Positions 8,331 to 16,564 of a DNA stretch of 64,000 bases are shown here, in pieces (position 1 is the first letter of the stretch; every line of letters begins with the position of its first letter). The notes beneath the pieces are model-generated. The model made no database searches and was not told where the DNA came from. It saw nothing but the letters and a program-made list of their open reading frames with translations. A program made the position numbers and the translations under genes. The DNA is taken from assembly GCA_947626265.1 (NCBI GenBank), contig CANQRM010000005.1, positions 46,628 to 110,627 on the forward strand, in the 5' to 3' direction. The DNA comes from an uncultured Oscillospiraceae bacterium. GTDB taxonomy: Bacteria > Bacillota > Clostridia > Oscillospirales > Oscillospiraceae.

Positions 8331-8585
8331 ATGGCCCCGGAAACGTACACCGTTGAATTGACGCGGGACGAGGTGCTGTCCATCATTTTTGAACTGGAAA
8401 CCCTAGCCAAGCAGCACGAAGAACGCGCCGCCAGGGACGCCGCCCTATCTTGGGCGGGATATAGCCCGGCCACCTTTTCGGCCGCATACTGGCGCGCCCA
8501 GGCCGACAACTGCAAATCAGTCATGGAGAAACTCAACACCGCCATGGGCACCTATGGCCCACTGGCGCCCGGCCGGGAGGTGTGA
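8331..8585 (+). CDS. Small hypothetical protein (paralogue 2)
   Basis: MAPETYTVELTRDEVLSIIFELETLAKQH...YWRAQADNCKSVMEKLNTAM shares the YT.xLT..E...FEL..LA.QH...YWR.QA..C..V..K pattern with 8090-8329. Starts 2 nt after the previous stop. Confidence 0.65.
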   Translation: MAPETYTVELTRDEVLSIIFELETLAKQHEERAARDAALSWAGYSPATFSAAYWRAQADNCKSVMEKLNTAMGTYGPLAPGREV

Positions 8586-8588
8586 ACC

Positions 8589-8819
8589 GTGGACAGCTTT
8601 ACAGTGGAAGAACTGCGCCTCATCGTGACCCTGTCAAATCATCGTTACCACGAATACCTGGCCGCCGCCAATGGCAAGGAAACCGACAACAGCCGCCTTG
8701 CCGACGGCGTTTGTAAAAAGGCTATGGCGCTGATCCAGGAGGCCAACGAAAAGCCGGCCCGCCGGGGCCGGCCGCCCCTGGCCCCGTCCCGGCCCCAGGA
8801 GGGCCTGCTGAATGGGTGA
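8589..8819 (+). CDS. Small hypothetical protein (possible diverged paralogue 3)
   Basis: GTG start 3 nt after the previous stop. FTVEELRLIVTLSNHRYHEY...CKKAMALIQEANEK loosely repeats the pattern of the two upstream genes. Confidence 0.55.
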   Translation: MDSFTVEELRLIVTLSNHRYHEYLAAANGKETDNSRLADGVCKKAMALIQEANEKPARRGRPPLAPSRPQEGLLNG

Positions 8820-9027
8820 CGTTATACGCATAGCCGAATATTTAAGGACGTGCGCCAACTGCTTTTGGCTTGAAACGGAAAATTTGCCGTCTGGCCGCGC
8901 CAGAACGGCGACGGCCCCAGGCGAATGTGGCCGCCCTGGCGGCCCCTTGCTTATTCGTGGGCGCCGGGGCCTGGTATGCGCGGCCTTTGCATACAGGAAC
9001 AGGAAACGTAAAGGAGGCGCGCCGTGA
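8812..9027 (+). CDS. Small Cys-containing hypothetical protein
   Basis: ATG overlaps the upstream stop, with GGAGGG 9 nt upstream. 71 aa with C-x2-C (CANC) and further Cys residues. Confidence 0.45.
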   Translation: MGDVIRIAEYLRTCANCFWLETENLPSGRARTATAPGECGRPGGPLLIRGRRGLVCAAFAYRNRKRKGGAP

Positions 9028-9224
9028 CCGTGACGTTTTACGACAAGGAAAAGGCCCGCCGGCTGCACGTTACGGGCGTCGCCAAGCTGACCGGGAGCAT
9101 GAAAGTGGACGGCCGCCCCGGCGGCTACCGTGGCCCGGCCTATGTGTGCGCCGACGCCGCCGGCCAACACGTCACCTTTTCCGGGGACCGCTATACCGTC
9201 GAAATGGTGGAGGATGAAAAATGA
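9024..9224 (+). CDS. Small hypothetical protein
   Basis: GTG start with AAGGAGG 7 nt upstream. 66 aa, overlaps neighbours by 4 nt (operon packing). Confidence 0.5.
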   Translation: MTVTFYDKEKARRLHVTGVAKLTGSMKVDGRPGGYRGPAYVCADAAGQHVTFSGDRYTVEMVEDEK

Positions 9225-9301
9225 CCCTGCAAAACGCTGTAATCGTCGCCGCCCTGGCCCTGCTGCTTATCAGCCTGGGCGCGATCCTGGCCCGCATGTG
9301 A
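9221..9301 (+). CDS. 26-aa hydrophobic micro-protein (single TM helix)
   Basis: ATG 9221 in an ATGA overlap with the upstream stop, GGAGG 9 nt upstream. My translation is MTLQNAVIVAALALLLISLGAILARM. Below the ORF-track size cut-off. Confidence 0.4.
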   Translation: MTLQNAVIVAALALLLISLGAILARM

Positions 9302-9312
9302 GGAGGTGAACC

Positions 9313-9546
9313 ATGGAAACCCTTAAAGACTTGCGCCGCGCTGCAAAGCTGACGCAGGCGTCCGTGGCCGCCGCGCTGAACGTCCGCCAGCAGGCCGTGG
9401 CGTCGTGGGAGAGCGGGACGAACCGGCCCGCCCTTGAAAAGCTGCAACCCCTCGCCAGCCTCTACGGCTGTACCCTGGAGGCCGTCGTGGACGCCATCGT
9501 GGGAAAGGAGGCCCCGGCCCATGCCAACAGCATACCCCCAGCCTGA
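9313..9546 (+). CDS. XRE-family HTH protein (Cro-like)
   Basis: METLKDLRRAAKLTQASVAAALNVRQQAVASWESGTNRPALEKLQPLASLYGCTLEAVV is a complete HTH_3 domain. RBS GAGGAGGTGA upstream. Confidence 0.8.
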   Translation: METLKDLRRAAKLTQASVAAALNVRQQAVASWESGTNRPALEKLQPLASLYGCTLEAVVDAIVGKEAPAHANSIPPA

Positions 9547-10048
9547 CCCCCAGGCAAGGGCAGAACCCGCCCCCTCGCCGCTGAAAACCGGGCGGGAATT
9601 GTCCGGGCTGAGCCAGGAGGCCCTGGCCGCGACCCTGGGGACGAACCCCCGGACCTTGCGCCGCTGGGAGGCAGACCCGGAAAAGACCCCGGACGACGTT
9701 ATGCTGACCCTGGCCCGGCTGACCGACTGCCCCCAGCTGCTATATAACCACTTTAAGACCAAATACCGCATAGCGGACGAGATCATGCCATCCGTGGAGG
9801 ATATGGCCCTGGCCCAGGCCGTCGTGGACCTGCTGCATAACCTGGCGATCCTGGAACAGGAACACATAGCGACCCGGCTACTGGGGCTGGCCGCTGACGG
9901 CATGATCGACTACCAGGAGGAGGCCGACTACGGCTATATCATGGCAAAGCTGGACGGACTGATCCAGGCCGTGACGAACCTTAAATTTTGCCAGAAAAGG
10001 AGGGCCGACCATGGCGACGAACAAGACGAGCAAAATGCTGACAGTTAA
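9521..10048 (+). CDS. HTH-domain protein with C-terminal helical domain
   Basis: ORF 9434-10048 trimmed to ATG 9521 (AAAGGAGG upstream). LKTGRELSGLSQEALAATLGTNPRTLRRWEADPEK is an XRE-like HTH. The C-terminal part is unknown. Confidence 0.65.
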   Translation: MPTAYPQPDPQARAEPAPSPLKTGRELSGLSQEALAATLGTNPRTLRRWEADPEKTPDDVMLTLARLTDCPQLLYNHFKTKYRIADEIMPSVEDMALAQAVVDLLHNLAILEQEHIATRLLGLAADGMIDYQEEADYGYIMAKLDGLIQAVTNLKFCQKRRADHGDEQDEQNADS

Positions 10049-10346
10049 AGACGCCGCCGCGCGCCTGGGCGTCCCTGCAAAGACCGTCTATAAGCTGACC
10101 GCCGAGCGCCAGCTGGCCCACTACCGCATAGGCCGGTCCGTCCGCATTGACGAGGCCGACCTGGCCCGTTATATGTCCGACTGCTACAAAGCCGCCCAGC
10201 CCCACGCAGAACCGCCCCAGCAGGCCGTCCAGGCCGTCAAGGCCGCCGCCCCTACTCTGACCGGCCCCCAGGCCAGACGCGCCGCCAGGGCCGCCAGCGT
10301 GTACGCAGGCGAGGGTTATACCGGCCTGGATTGCCTGGGGCGATGA
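10011..10346 (+). CDS. xis: Excisionase-family (MerR-like HTH) DNA-binding protein
   Basis: MLTVKDAAARLGVPAKTVYKLTAERQLAHYRIGRSVRIDEADLARYM is the classic excisionase-family HTH_17 pattern. RBS AGGAGG 7 nt upstream of ATG 10011. Confidence 0.75.
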   Translation: MATNKTSKMLTVKDAAARLGVPAKTVYKLTAERQLAHYRIGRSVRIDEADLARYMSDCYKAAQPHAEPPQQAVQAVKAAAPTLTGPQARRAARAASVYAGEGYTGLDCLGR

Positions 10347-10361
10347 AAGGGGGACGACGCT

Positions 10362-11132
10362 ATGGCAGACTTTAGAAAGGCCCCCGGCGGCGCCCTGGCC
10401 TTTATCCCGGCTATGGTCCTGTATGATCCAGACCTGACCGACAAGGCGAAACTTGTTTATGCCGAAATCGCCCGGCTGCTGGGGCCAGACGGCTATTGCT
10501 GGGCCAGGGACCAATACCTGGCGGACGTATGCGCCTGCTCCGTCAAGACGGTTTCCAGGGCCATCCACGACCTGGCCGCCGCCGGTTACATACAGGTGGA
10601 ACACGGGGCAAACAAGAAAGGCCCGGAGCGCCATATTTACATCGGCACAATAGCCCCCGCCCCGGCCCTCCAGGGGGTTATGGACAAAAATGTCCATAAG
10701 GTCAAAATTGACAAAAAGGATATGGACAAAAATGTCCATAACCCCCCGCCGACACCATATAAAGAGAATAAAAATAATACGGACATACGCGCGGGCGCGC
10801 GCGCGCGCGAAGTCCCGGAGGCCGTGGACGCCGTTTTCCGCACCTTTGCCGGGGACGACGCCGAACTGTACAAGCGGATCATGGCCCTTGCGGAAGTCCG
10901 CGCCTCAAAGCGGAACCCATACCGCACCTCCCGCCAGGCGTCCATGCTGTGCAGTAAGCTGTCCAGGATAAGCGGCGGCGCCCGGTCCGTTATGGTGTCC
11001 ATTTTGGACACGGCCATAGAGCATGGCTGGGACTCCGTATATCCCCCCCGTGACAGTGAACAACCCCGCCCAGCTGCCCCCGGCGGCGCCGCCATCCAGG
11101 AGGCCGCCGACGTGGAAACCTGGGAGGGCTGA
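10362..11132 (+). CDS. Replication initiator / replisome-organiser-like winged-helix protein
   Basis: N-terminus FIPAMVLYDPDLTDKAKLVYAEIARLLGPDGYCWARDQYLADVCACSVKTVSRAIHDLAAAGYI is the HTH_36-type replication-protein pattern. Lies upstream of DnaB and contains ori-like repeats internally. Confidence 0.7.
   Translation: MADFRKAPGGALAFIPAMVLYDPDLTDKAKLVYAEIARLLGPDGYCWARDQYLADVCACSVKTVSRAIHDLAAAGYIQVEHGANKKGPERHIYIGTIAPAPALQGVMDKNVHKVKIDKKDMDKNVHNPPPTPYKENKNNTDIRAGARAREVPEAVDAVFRTFAGDDAELYKRIMALAEVRASKRNPYRTSRQASMLCSKLSRISGGARSVMVSILDTAIEHGWDSVYPPRDSEQPRPAAPGGAAIQEAADVETWEG
10676..10810. repeat. Candidate phage replication origin: duplicated 20-bp palindromic iteron, AT-rich tract, alternating GC tract
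   Basis: TATGGACAAAAATGTCCATA occurs at 10679-10698 and again at 10721-10740 (42-bp spacing). Each copy is a palindrome (TATGGACA/TGTCCATA). GTCAAAATTGAC lies between them. Downstream come the AT-rich ccatataaagagaataaaaataatac and then (GC)n at 10788-10809. Confidence 0.5.
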
Positions 11133-11155
11133 CCCCATGAAAGGAGGTGAAACCC

Positions 11156-11500
11156 TTGGATTTGAAAAACAACCCCAGCCTGACCCCCGAACAGCAGGCG
11201 GAAATCGCCAAGAATTTGCAGGCCGCCCTGGACGCCGCCGAGGCGGACCGTAAGCAGGCCCCAGCCCGGCCCAACCCCGGCCTTGACCCCCTTGTGATTT
11301 TCCGCAAGATCAACGCCGGCGGCGTGTCGGACGCCGACAAATACGCCGCGATCCGGGCCATGGTGAACGCCAGCCGCCAGCAGAAAGTCCACGAAGTAAG
11401 CAAGGCCCAAATGTGGCGCGTCATTGTCTGGCTGCTGGACCACGGCCCCCAGCGGGGGCGCGGCCCCAGGCTGGCCGACGCCGTCACCGGCAAAAACTGA
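11156..11500 (+). CDS. Hypothetical phage protein
   Basis: ORF 11147-11500. TTG at 11156 has better spacing to AAGGAGGTGA than GTG 11147. Helical, no motif recognised. Confidence 0.5.
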   Translation: MDLKNNPSLTPEQQAEIAKNLQAALDAAEADRKQAPARPNPGLDPLVIFRKINAGGVSDADKYAAIRAMVNASRQQKVHEVSKAQMWRVIVWLLDHGPQRGRGPRLADAVTGKN

Positions 11501-11531
11501 CCCAAAAATATCAACAAATGGAGGTAAACCC

Positions 11532-12407
11532 ATGGATAACAACCTGGTACACATCAAGACCGCGACCGGCCTTGAAATCTACGTTGACCCCGACGCCTAC
11601 AACGATATGGAACTGCTTGACGCCTGCTATGAAGTCCAGGAAAACAATAACATGCTGGCGCTGCCCGTCGTGATCCGGCACCTGCTGACCGAGGAGGCCC
11701 GCAAGGCCATGTATAACCACATCCGGGCCAAGCACGGCGTTGTCCGCACCGAGCCGCTTATGCAGGAGCTTATGGACATCATGGGCCTTATGGCGGCCGC
11801 CCGGCGGGACGACCCCAGCGCGGCGGAACCGGCCCCGGAACAGACCCCCGCCCCCACCCCGGAGCCGGAGCTGCTTTTCCCCGGCGACGTGCCCCCCTAT
11901 GATAGGACCAAACAGCCCCCCGCCGGCCTCGTTGACGTTATCATGTCCCGGCTCCACGGCGCCCTGACCGACAACCCCGCCCAGGCTGATAAGCTGGAAA
12001 AGGCCACCAGGGCCGCCCTGGACGTTGCCAGCGTGGAGTCCGCCTGGGAACTGATCGACACCATAAGGCACGAACTGGAAACCCACGACGCCGCCCTCAA
12101 GGCCCAGCGGGCCGCCGAAAAGCACCCCGGCCCTATGGCGGAGGCCCTGCTGCATGACGTGGCCGACGCGCTGCGTGTCGGCCCTGCCCCCGCCCCGGAG
12201 CCGGCGGACGTTACCCCCTACGGCGGCCCGGCGGCCTTTAAGGCTGACTATGTCCGCGCCGGCACCATGCCGGACGACGCCGCCAGGGACGCCCAGGCCA
12301 GCGCGACCTTTACGCCCTGGGATGAATTGAGGGCGGACCCCGAACCGGCCGAAGCGGCCAGCAGCGCCCAGCAGGCGGCCGACGACGCCAACAGCACCGC
12401 AGAATAA
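11532..12407 (+). CDS. Hypothetical protein with N-terminal domain paralogous to the tail-assembly-chaperone-position gene
   Basis: ORF 11424-12407 trimmed to ATG 11532 (GGAGGTAA upstream). The N-terminal roughly 85 aa (VHIKTATGLEIYVDPDAYNDMELLDA...LLTEEARKAMYNHIR...DIMG) align by eye with 28214-28885. The rest is Pro/Ala-rich and acidic. Confidence 0.65.
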   Translation: MDNNLVHIKTATGLEIYVDPDAYNDMELLDACYEVQENNNMLALPVVIRHLLTEEARKAMYNHIRAKHGVVRTEPLMQELMDIMGLMAAARRDDPSAAEPAPEQTPAPTPEPELLFPGDVPPYDRTKQPPAGLVDVIMSRLHGALTDNPAQADKLEKATRAALDVASVESAWELIDTIRHELETHDAALKAQRAAEKHPGPMAEALLHDVADALRVGPAPAPEPADVTPYGGPAAFKADYVRAGTMPDDAARDAQASATFTPWDELRADPEPAEAASSAQQAADDANSTAE

Positions 12408-12434
12408 CCCGCCCGGCGGGATAGGAGGCACGAC

Positions 12435-13778
12435 ATGAAAGAATCGGCAATCACCCCGGCGGCGTCCGCCCTGGAAACGGCGGAACAGGCCATCATCGGC
12501 GCCATGCTTATAGAGGAGCGTTGCGTGGGCGACGTCGTCACAGCCATATCCGCCGACGACTTTGTGGACGCCTCCTACCGCCGCCTTTTTGAAGCGGCCC
12601 GGGACCTTTACAACGAGGGCGCCCCCGTGGACGTCGTCACCGTCATTGACCGGGCCGGCGGCGCTGTCCGCGACCTGGCCCTGAACTGCATGGAGTTGAC
12701 GCCCACGGCCAGGCGCGTGTTGCACTATTGCGAGATCCTGCACCAGCAGGCGACCCTGACCCGGCTCCAGTCTGCGGCCCTGGCCGTGGCCGGGGCCGGG
12801 ACCCTGGAGGAGGCGACCGACCTCCTGGCCCAGGCGGCCGGCATCGTGTCCGGCCGCCCTGGCGTCAAGGTGTACAGCATGACCGAAATTATGGCCGACT
12901 TTATGCAGCGCATGGGCCAGCCGGCCCCGCCTTATCTGAAATGGGGCCTCGGTATGCTGGACGCCAACCTGCACACATCGGCGGGCCATTACGTTATCCT
13001 GGGCGCCAGACCGTCCACGGGAAAGACCGCCCTCGGCTTGCAGGCGGGCCTAAATATCGCCGCTGAAAAGCGCGTCGGCTTTATTTCCCTGGAAACCGGC
13101 CACGAAACGGCCGGGGACCGTATCGCCGCCGGCAACCTGCCCGTCACCCTGCCAGACATCAAGCGGCGCAACATTGACCTCCAGAAAATGACCGACATAG
13201 TAAGCGGCCCGGAAATATCCCGCCTGTGCGGCCGGTATTTCGACTTTGTGGAGGCGTCGTCCATGACCGTGCAAGAGATCAAATCCCTAGCCCTGGCCCG
13301 CCGGTATGAGGTTGTCATTATCGACTATGTCCAACTGATAAAGCCCACCGTGCGCGGCGACCGCCAGGAACAAATGCAAGACGTGTCTATACAGCTGCGG
13401 GCCATGGCCCAGCTGACCGGGATAACGGTTATAGCCCTGGCCCAGCTGCGACGGCCAGACAGCAGGCCAGCCCGGACGGACGGCAAAAGCGCCCCGCCGG
13501 CGGCCACCATGGCCGACCTCAAGGAAACGGGCCAGTTTGAACAGGACGCCGATACCGTGCTGCTTATGTACCTGGTAGACCCCGAAAAGCGCGGCGGGGA
13601 TCGTTATATCAAGATCGAAAAGAACAAGGACGGCCACGCGGGCCTCCGGGGGCGTTTCAGCTTTGACGGCAAAAAGCAACTGTTTACCCCTGTCAAGGCG
13701 GACGGCTCCAGCCTGGACGGCTCCCCGGCGTTCCATGAAATCCCCGACGACGACCCGCAATATCAAATCCCGTTTTAA
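12435..13778 (+). CDS. dnaB: Replicative DNA helicase (DnaB family)
   Basis: 447 aa. DnaB N-terminal domain (AEQAIIGAMLIEERCVGDV...FVDASYRRLFEAA), Walker A GARPSTGKTALGL, and IIDYVQLI and SQLRR-like LAQLRR motifs. Confidence 0.95.
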   Translation: MKESAITPAASALETAEQAIIGAMLIEERCVGDVVTAISADDFVDASYRRLFEAARDLYNEGAPVDVVTVIDRAGGAVRDLALNCMELTPTARRVLHYCEILHQQATLTRLQSAALAVAGAGTLEEATDLLAQAAGIVSGRPGVKVYSMTEIMADFMQRMGQPAPPYLKWGLGMLDANLHTSAGHYVILGARPSTGKTALGLQAGLNIAAEKRVGFISLETGHETAGDRIAAGNLPVTLPDIKRRNIDLQKMTDIVSGPEISRLCGRYFDFVEASSMTVQEIKSLALARRYEVVIIDYVQLIKPTVRGDRQEQMQDVSIQLRAMAQLTGITVIALAQLRRPDSRPARTDGKSAPPAATMADLKETGQFEQDADTVLLMYLVDPEKRGGDRYIKIEKNKDGHAGLRGRFSFDGKKQLFTPVKADGSSLDGSPAFHEIPDDDPQYQIPF

Positions 13779-13789
13779 GGAGGCCCGTC

Positions 13790-13978
13790 ATGCAGATAGG
13801 CGATAAACGGACGGAGCGCATGTCCCTTGGAGATTGCCAGCCCGTCACGAAAACCGGCACCGTCGTATATATCCACCCCCGCCGCCTGTTTTACGTCGTG
13901 GAGTTTGACCTGGGCGGCCGCAAGGTCCGAGAATCGTACTATTTCCCGGCCAGGCAAGGCGACCATGGGCGGAAGTAA
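13790..13978 (+). CDS. Small hypothetical protein
   Basis: 62-aa ORF with RBS AAGGAGG 7 nt upstream. Confidence 0.45.
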   Translation: MQIGDKRTERMSLGDCQPVTKTGTVVYIHPRRLFYVVEFDLGGRKVRESYYFPARQGDHGRK

Positions 13979-14195
13979 ATTGACGCTGTCATGCCGGGGC
14001 CAGACGCACACCCCGGCCGAATGGGAGGGCATAAGCCACGTCCCGGAAAAGACCATCCGCCAGCGGATCGTGCGCGGCTGGGACGTAGAGGAGGCCATCT
14101 TCACCCCGCCCATGAAACGGGGCGCCTACCGGGAAAGCCTCGTCAAAATCGCCAAGACATGCCGGGGCTGCTACCATTACAAACCCTATTATTAG
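13965..14195 (+). CDS. Small hypothetical protein with HTH-like segment
   Basis: ORF 13827-14195 trimmed to ATG 13965. TPAEWEGISHVPEKTIRQRIVRGWDVEEAI resembles small phage HTH proteins. The C-terminus has CRGC. The RBS is weak. Confidence 0.45.
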   Translation: MGGSKLTLSCRGQTHTPAEWEGISHVPEKTIRQRIVRGWDVEEAIFTPPMKRGAYRESLVKIAKTCRGCYHYKPYY

Positions 14196-14310
14196 GGCAC
14201 CAGCAACCAACAGTGGTATTGTGACTATATCGGCGACACCTGGCACAAGCGCCCGTGTCCACCCGGCCCTGGCTGCACCTGCTACACGCGAGTTAAAGGA
14301 GGTAAAACCA

Positions 14311-14526
14311 ATGTTTGACGGCTGGATTTCGATAAAAGAACAACTCCCGGAAATTAACCAGGGCGTTTTACTGCTGGGGGATGGAAGTTGTGGCGTATTC
14401 GGCAATTTAGGACCCGTGGAAACGGAGGGATATTTGCAGTATTACGACCCTATTTCAGGACCACATTTTTTTAACATTAACGATTGTTTTGTGGGTAATG
14501 TAATCGCTTGGAAACCGAAAGGCTAA
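14311..14526 (+). CDS. DUF551-like phage protein
   Basis: ORF 14221-14526 trimmed to ATG 14311 (AAAGGAGGTAA upstream). MFDGWISIKEQLPE resembles the DUF551 W-I-x-x-x-x-x-LP motif. Locally lower GC. Confidence 0.6.
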   Translation: MFDGWISIKEQLPEINQGVLLLGDGSCGVFGNLGPVETEGYLQYYDPISGPHFFNINDCFVGNVIAWKPKG

Positions 14527-14543
14527 AGAAAGGATTTTGAAGT

Positions 14544-15311
14544 ATGAAAGTAATATCCGTAATGAACCTAAAGGGCGGCGTCGGCAAGACGACGACCGCA
14601 ATAAACATGGGGGCGATCCTGGCCCGGTCCTACGGGAAAAAGGTTGTACTTATGGACTTTGACCCCCAGGCGAACCTCACCGCCTTTTTTGGTATGCAGA
14701 ACCACGGCGGGACCGCCTTTTCCCTTATCGCCGAGGACATCGACCCCACGGCCTGCACCTACCAGCTGGGCGGGGAACAGATTTACGTCGTCCCTGGGGA
14801 CATCAACCTAATTATGGAGGACCTGGCGGCGATCACGCAAAACGGCGGCTCCGCCCGGAGCTTTGTCCGCCTGGCCGACGCCCTGGACGTGTACAGGGAG
14901 GCCGCCGTGGATTATGTGATTATAGACTGCCCGCCCAGCTTTTCGGCGGCGTCCGTGGCCGCCATCTATTGCAGCGACGAGGTAATTATCCCCATCAAGA
15001 TAGACGGCTTTTCAATCGCCGGCGTGGCCCAGCTGAAAGCCCAAATTGACGCCTTGACCGGCATACGGCCGTCCCTGGGCTATGGCTGCCTTATAACCAT
15101 GTGGCATAACGTGGAGGTTGTCCGGGAGGGCTGCAAGGCGTTCCTGGCCCGGTACGGGGACCACGTTTTCCAGACCCATATACGCCGGTCCGATATGGTG
15201 GACGAGTCCACCTACGCCGGCGAAACGCTGGACCTTTACAGCCCGACATCTGCGGCCGGGCGCGATTACAGGGCCTTTGTGGCCGAATACCTGGGGAGGG
15301 GCGAAAAATGA
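14544..15311 (+). CDS. parA: ParA/Soj-type partition ATPase
   Basis: MKVISVMNLKGGVGKTTTAINMG is a deviant Walker A (KGGVGKT). 255 aa, followed by parB with a 4-nt overlap. Confidence 0.9.
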   Translation: MKVISVMNLKGGVGKTTTAINMGAILARSYGKKVVLMDFDPQANLTAFFGMQNHGGTAFSLIAEDIDPTACTYQLGGEQIYVVPGDINLIMEDLAAITQNGGSARSFVRLADALDVYREAAVDYVIIDCPPSFSAASVAAIYCSDEVIIPIKIDGFSIAGVAQLKAQIDALTGIRPSLGYGCLITMWHNVEVVREGCKAFLARYGDHVFQTHIRRSDMVDESTYAGETLDLYSPTSAAGRDYRAFVAEYLGRGEK

Positions 15312-16564
15312 GAAAGGACTTTAATTTGCGCGACATCGTCAACAAGGCCATGGACCAGGCCACCCCGGCCGACGCGCCGGAGATCGTCGAACACGTCCCC
15401 GTTGCCAAAATCACGCCCAACGCACGCAACATCTATGGTATGCGGGACCTGGACGAACTGGCGGCCTCTATCGAACTGACCGGCCTCCTGCACCCCATTA
15501 TCCTCCGGCCGAACCCCGACGGGGACGGTTATACCATAGTGGACGGGGAGCGGCGTTTCCGGGCCATGTCGGAGGTGCTGGGCCACGACGCCGTCCCGGC
15601 CATCGTCCGCACCCCGGACGCCGCCAAAACGGACGCCGTCAACGCCATCCTGGAAGAACTGGCCCTCCTGGAGGCCAACCGGCAAACCCGCAAGACGAAC
15701 CCCGCCGAACTGTCCAAGGAGGCGGAAAGGTACAAGGAACTGCTGATCCAGCTAAAGGAAAACGGCGTCGAAATCCCCGGCCGGCTCCGGGACGTGCTGG
15801 CCCAGGCCCTAGACGTAAGCGCCTCCAAGCTGGCCCGGCTGCAAAAGATACGCGGCTCCCTTGTACCCGAATATCTGGAGGTATTTGACGCCGGGGATAT
15901 GTCCGAGTCCGTGGCCTACACCATAGCCCAGCTTGACCCCGATATACAGCGCGTCGTCGTCGAATCGGAGGCCGACGCAAAGAAATTGGGCGCCTACGAG
16001 GTGACGAACCGGGCCGAATACCTGGCCGCCTGCACGGCCCGCCGCGACTGTCCCCATGGCGGGGTATGTACCTGGGGCGTCAAAATGTACGACATCGGCA
16101 AAAACAAGGCCGTTTATCAGAAATGCACGAACACCAGCGGATCGTCCCCGTGCTGCCATGACTGCTCCCGCGCAACTGAATGTGGCTCCGTGTGCCCCAT
16201 GGCCCAGCGCGACGTGGACCTTGTAAAACAGGCCAAAAAGGACGAGGCGGCCCGCAAGGAAAAGCAGCACGCCGAACAATGCGCCCTGGCCTGCCAGGAC
16301 TGGCAACGTGTCGCCAGAATGAGAGAGGCCGCCGGCGTCGCCATTGACGACGAAAGGCTCCCCCACATGAGCGGGTACAGCTGGGCACAATGGGAGGAGC
16401 GTAGCCTTATTTTGCCGCCCTATGACACGACGGACGTAAAGACCGCCATCTATTTCGTGCATAGCGCCGTCAATGTTGCTGACCTTTTCGGCGTGACCCT
16501 GGACGAACTTGTGGGCCGCACCGTCCCCCAGGCCGCACCCCCGGAGGCCCCCGACGATGAATAA
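15308..16564 (+). CDS. parB: ParB-like protein with Cys-rich C-terminal region
   Basis: ParB N-terminal box LAASIELTGLLHPIILRP...YTIVDGERRFRAM and an HTH-like SASKLARLQKI. The C-terminal part carries 9 clustered Cys (CPHGGVCTWG...CTNTSGSSPCCHDCSRATECGSVCP). Confidence 0.85.
   Translation: MRKDFNLRDIVNKAMDQATPADAPEIVEHVPVAKITPNARNIYGMRDLDELAASIELTGLLHPIILRPNPDGDGYTIVDGERRFRAMSEVLGHDAVPAIVRTPDAAKTDAVNAILEELALLEANRQTRKTNPAELSKEAERYKELLIQLKENGVEIPGRLRDVLAQALDVSASKLARLQKIRGSLVPEYLEVFDAGDMSESVAYTIAQLDPDIQRVVVESEADAKKLGAYEVTNRAEYLAACTARRDCPHGGVCTWGVKMYDIGKNKAVYQKCTNTSGSSPCCHDCSRATECGSVCPMAQRDVDLVKQAKKDEAARKEKQHAEQCALACQDWQRVARMREAAGVAIDDERLPHMSGYSWAQWEERSLILPPYDTTDVKTAIYFVHSAVNVADLFGVTLDELVGRTVPQAAPPEAPDDE

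Noticed and set aside
10676-10743. Repeated units here and the VR/TR pair were checked as a possible CRISPR array.
   Set aside because: There are only two copies each. One pair lies inside a coding sequence and is palindromic (ori-like). The other is the 148-bp DGR pair. There is no repeat-spacer periodicity and there are no cas genes.
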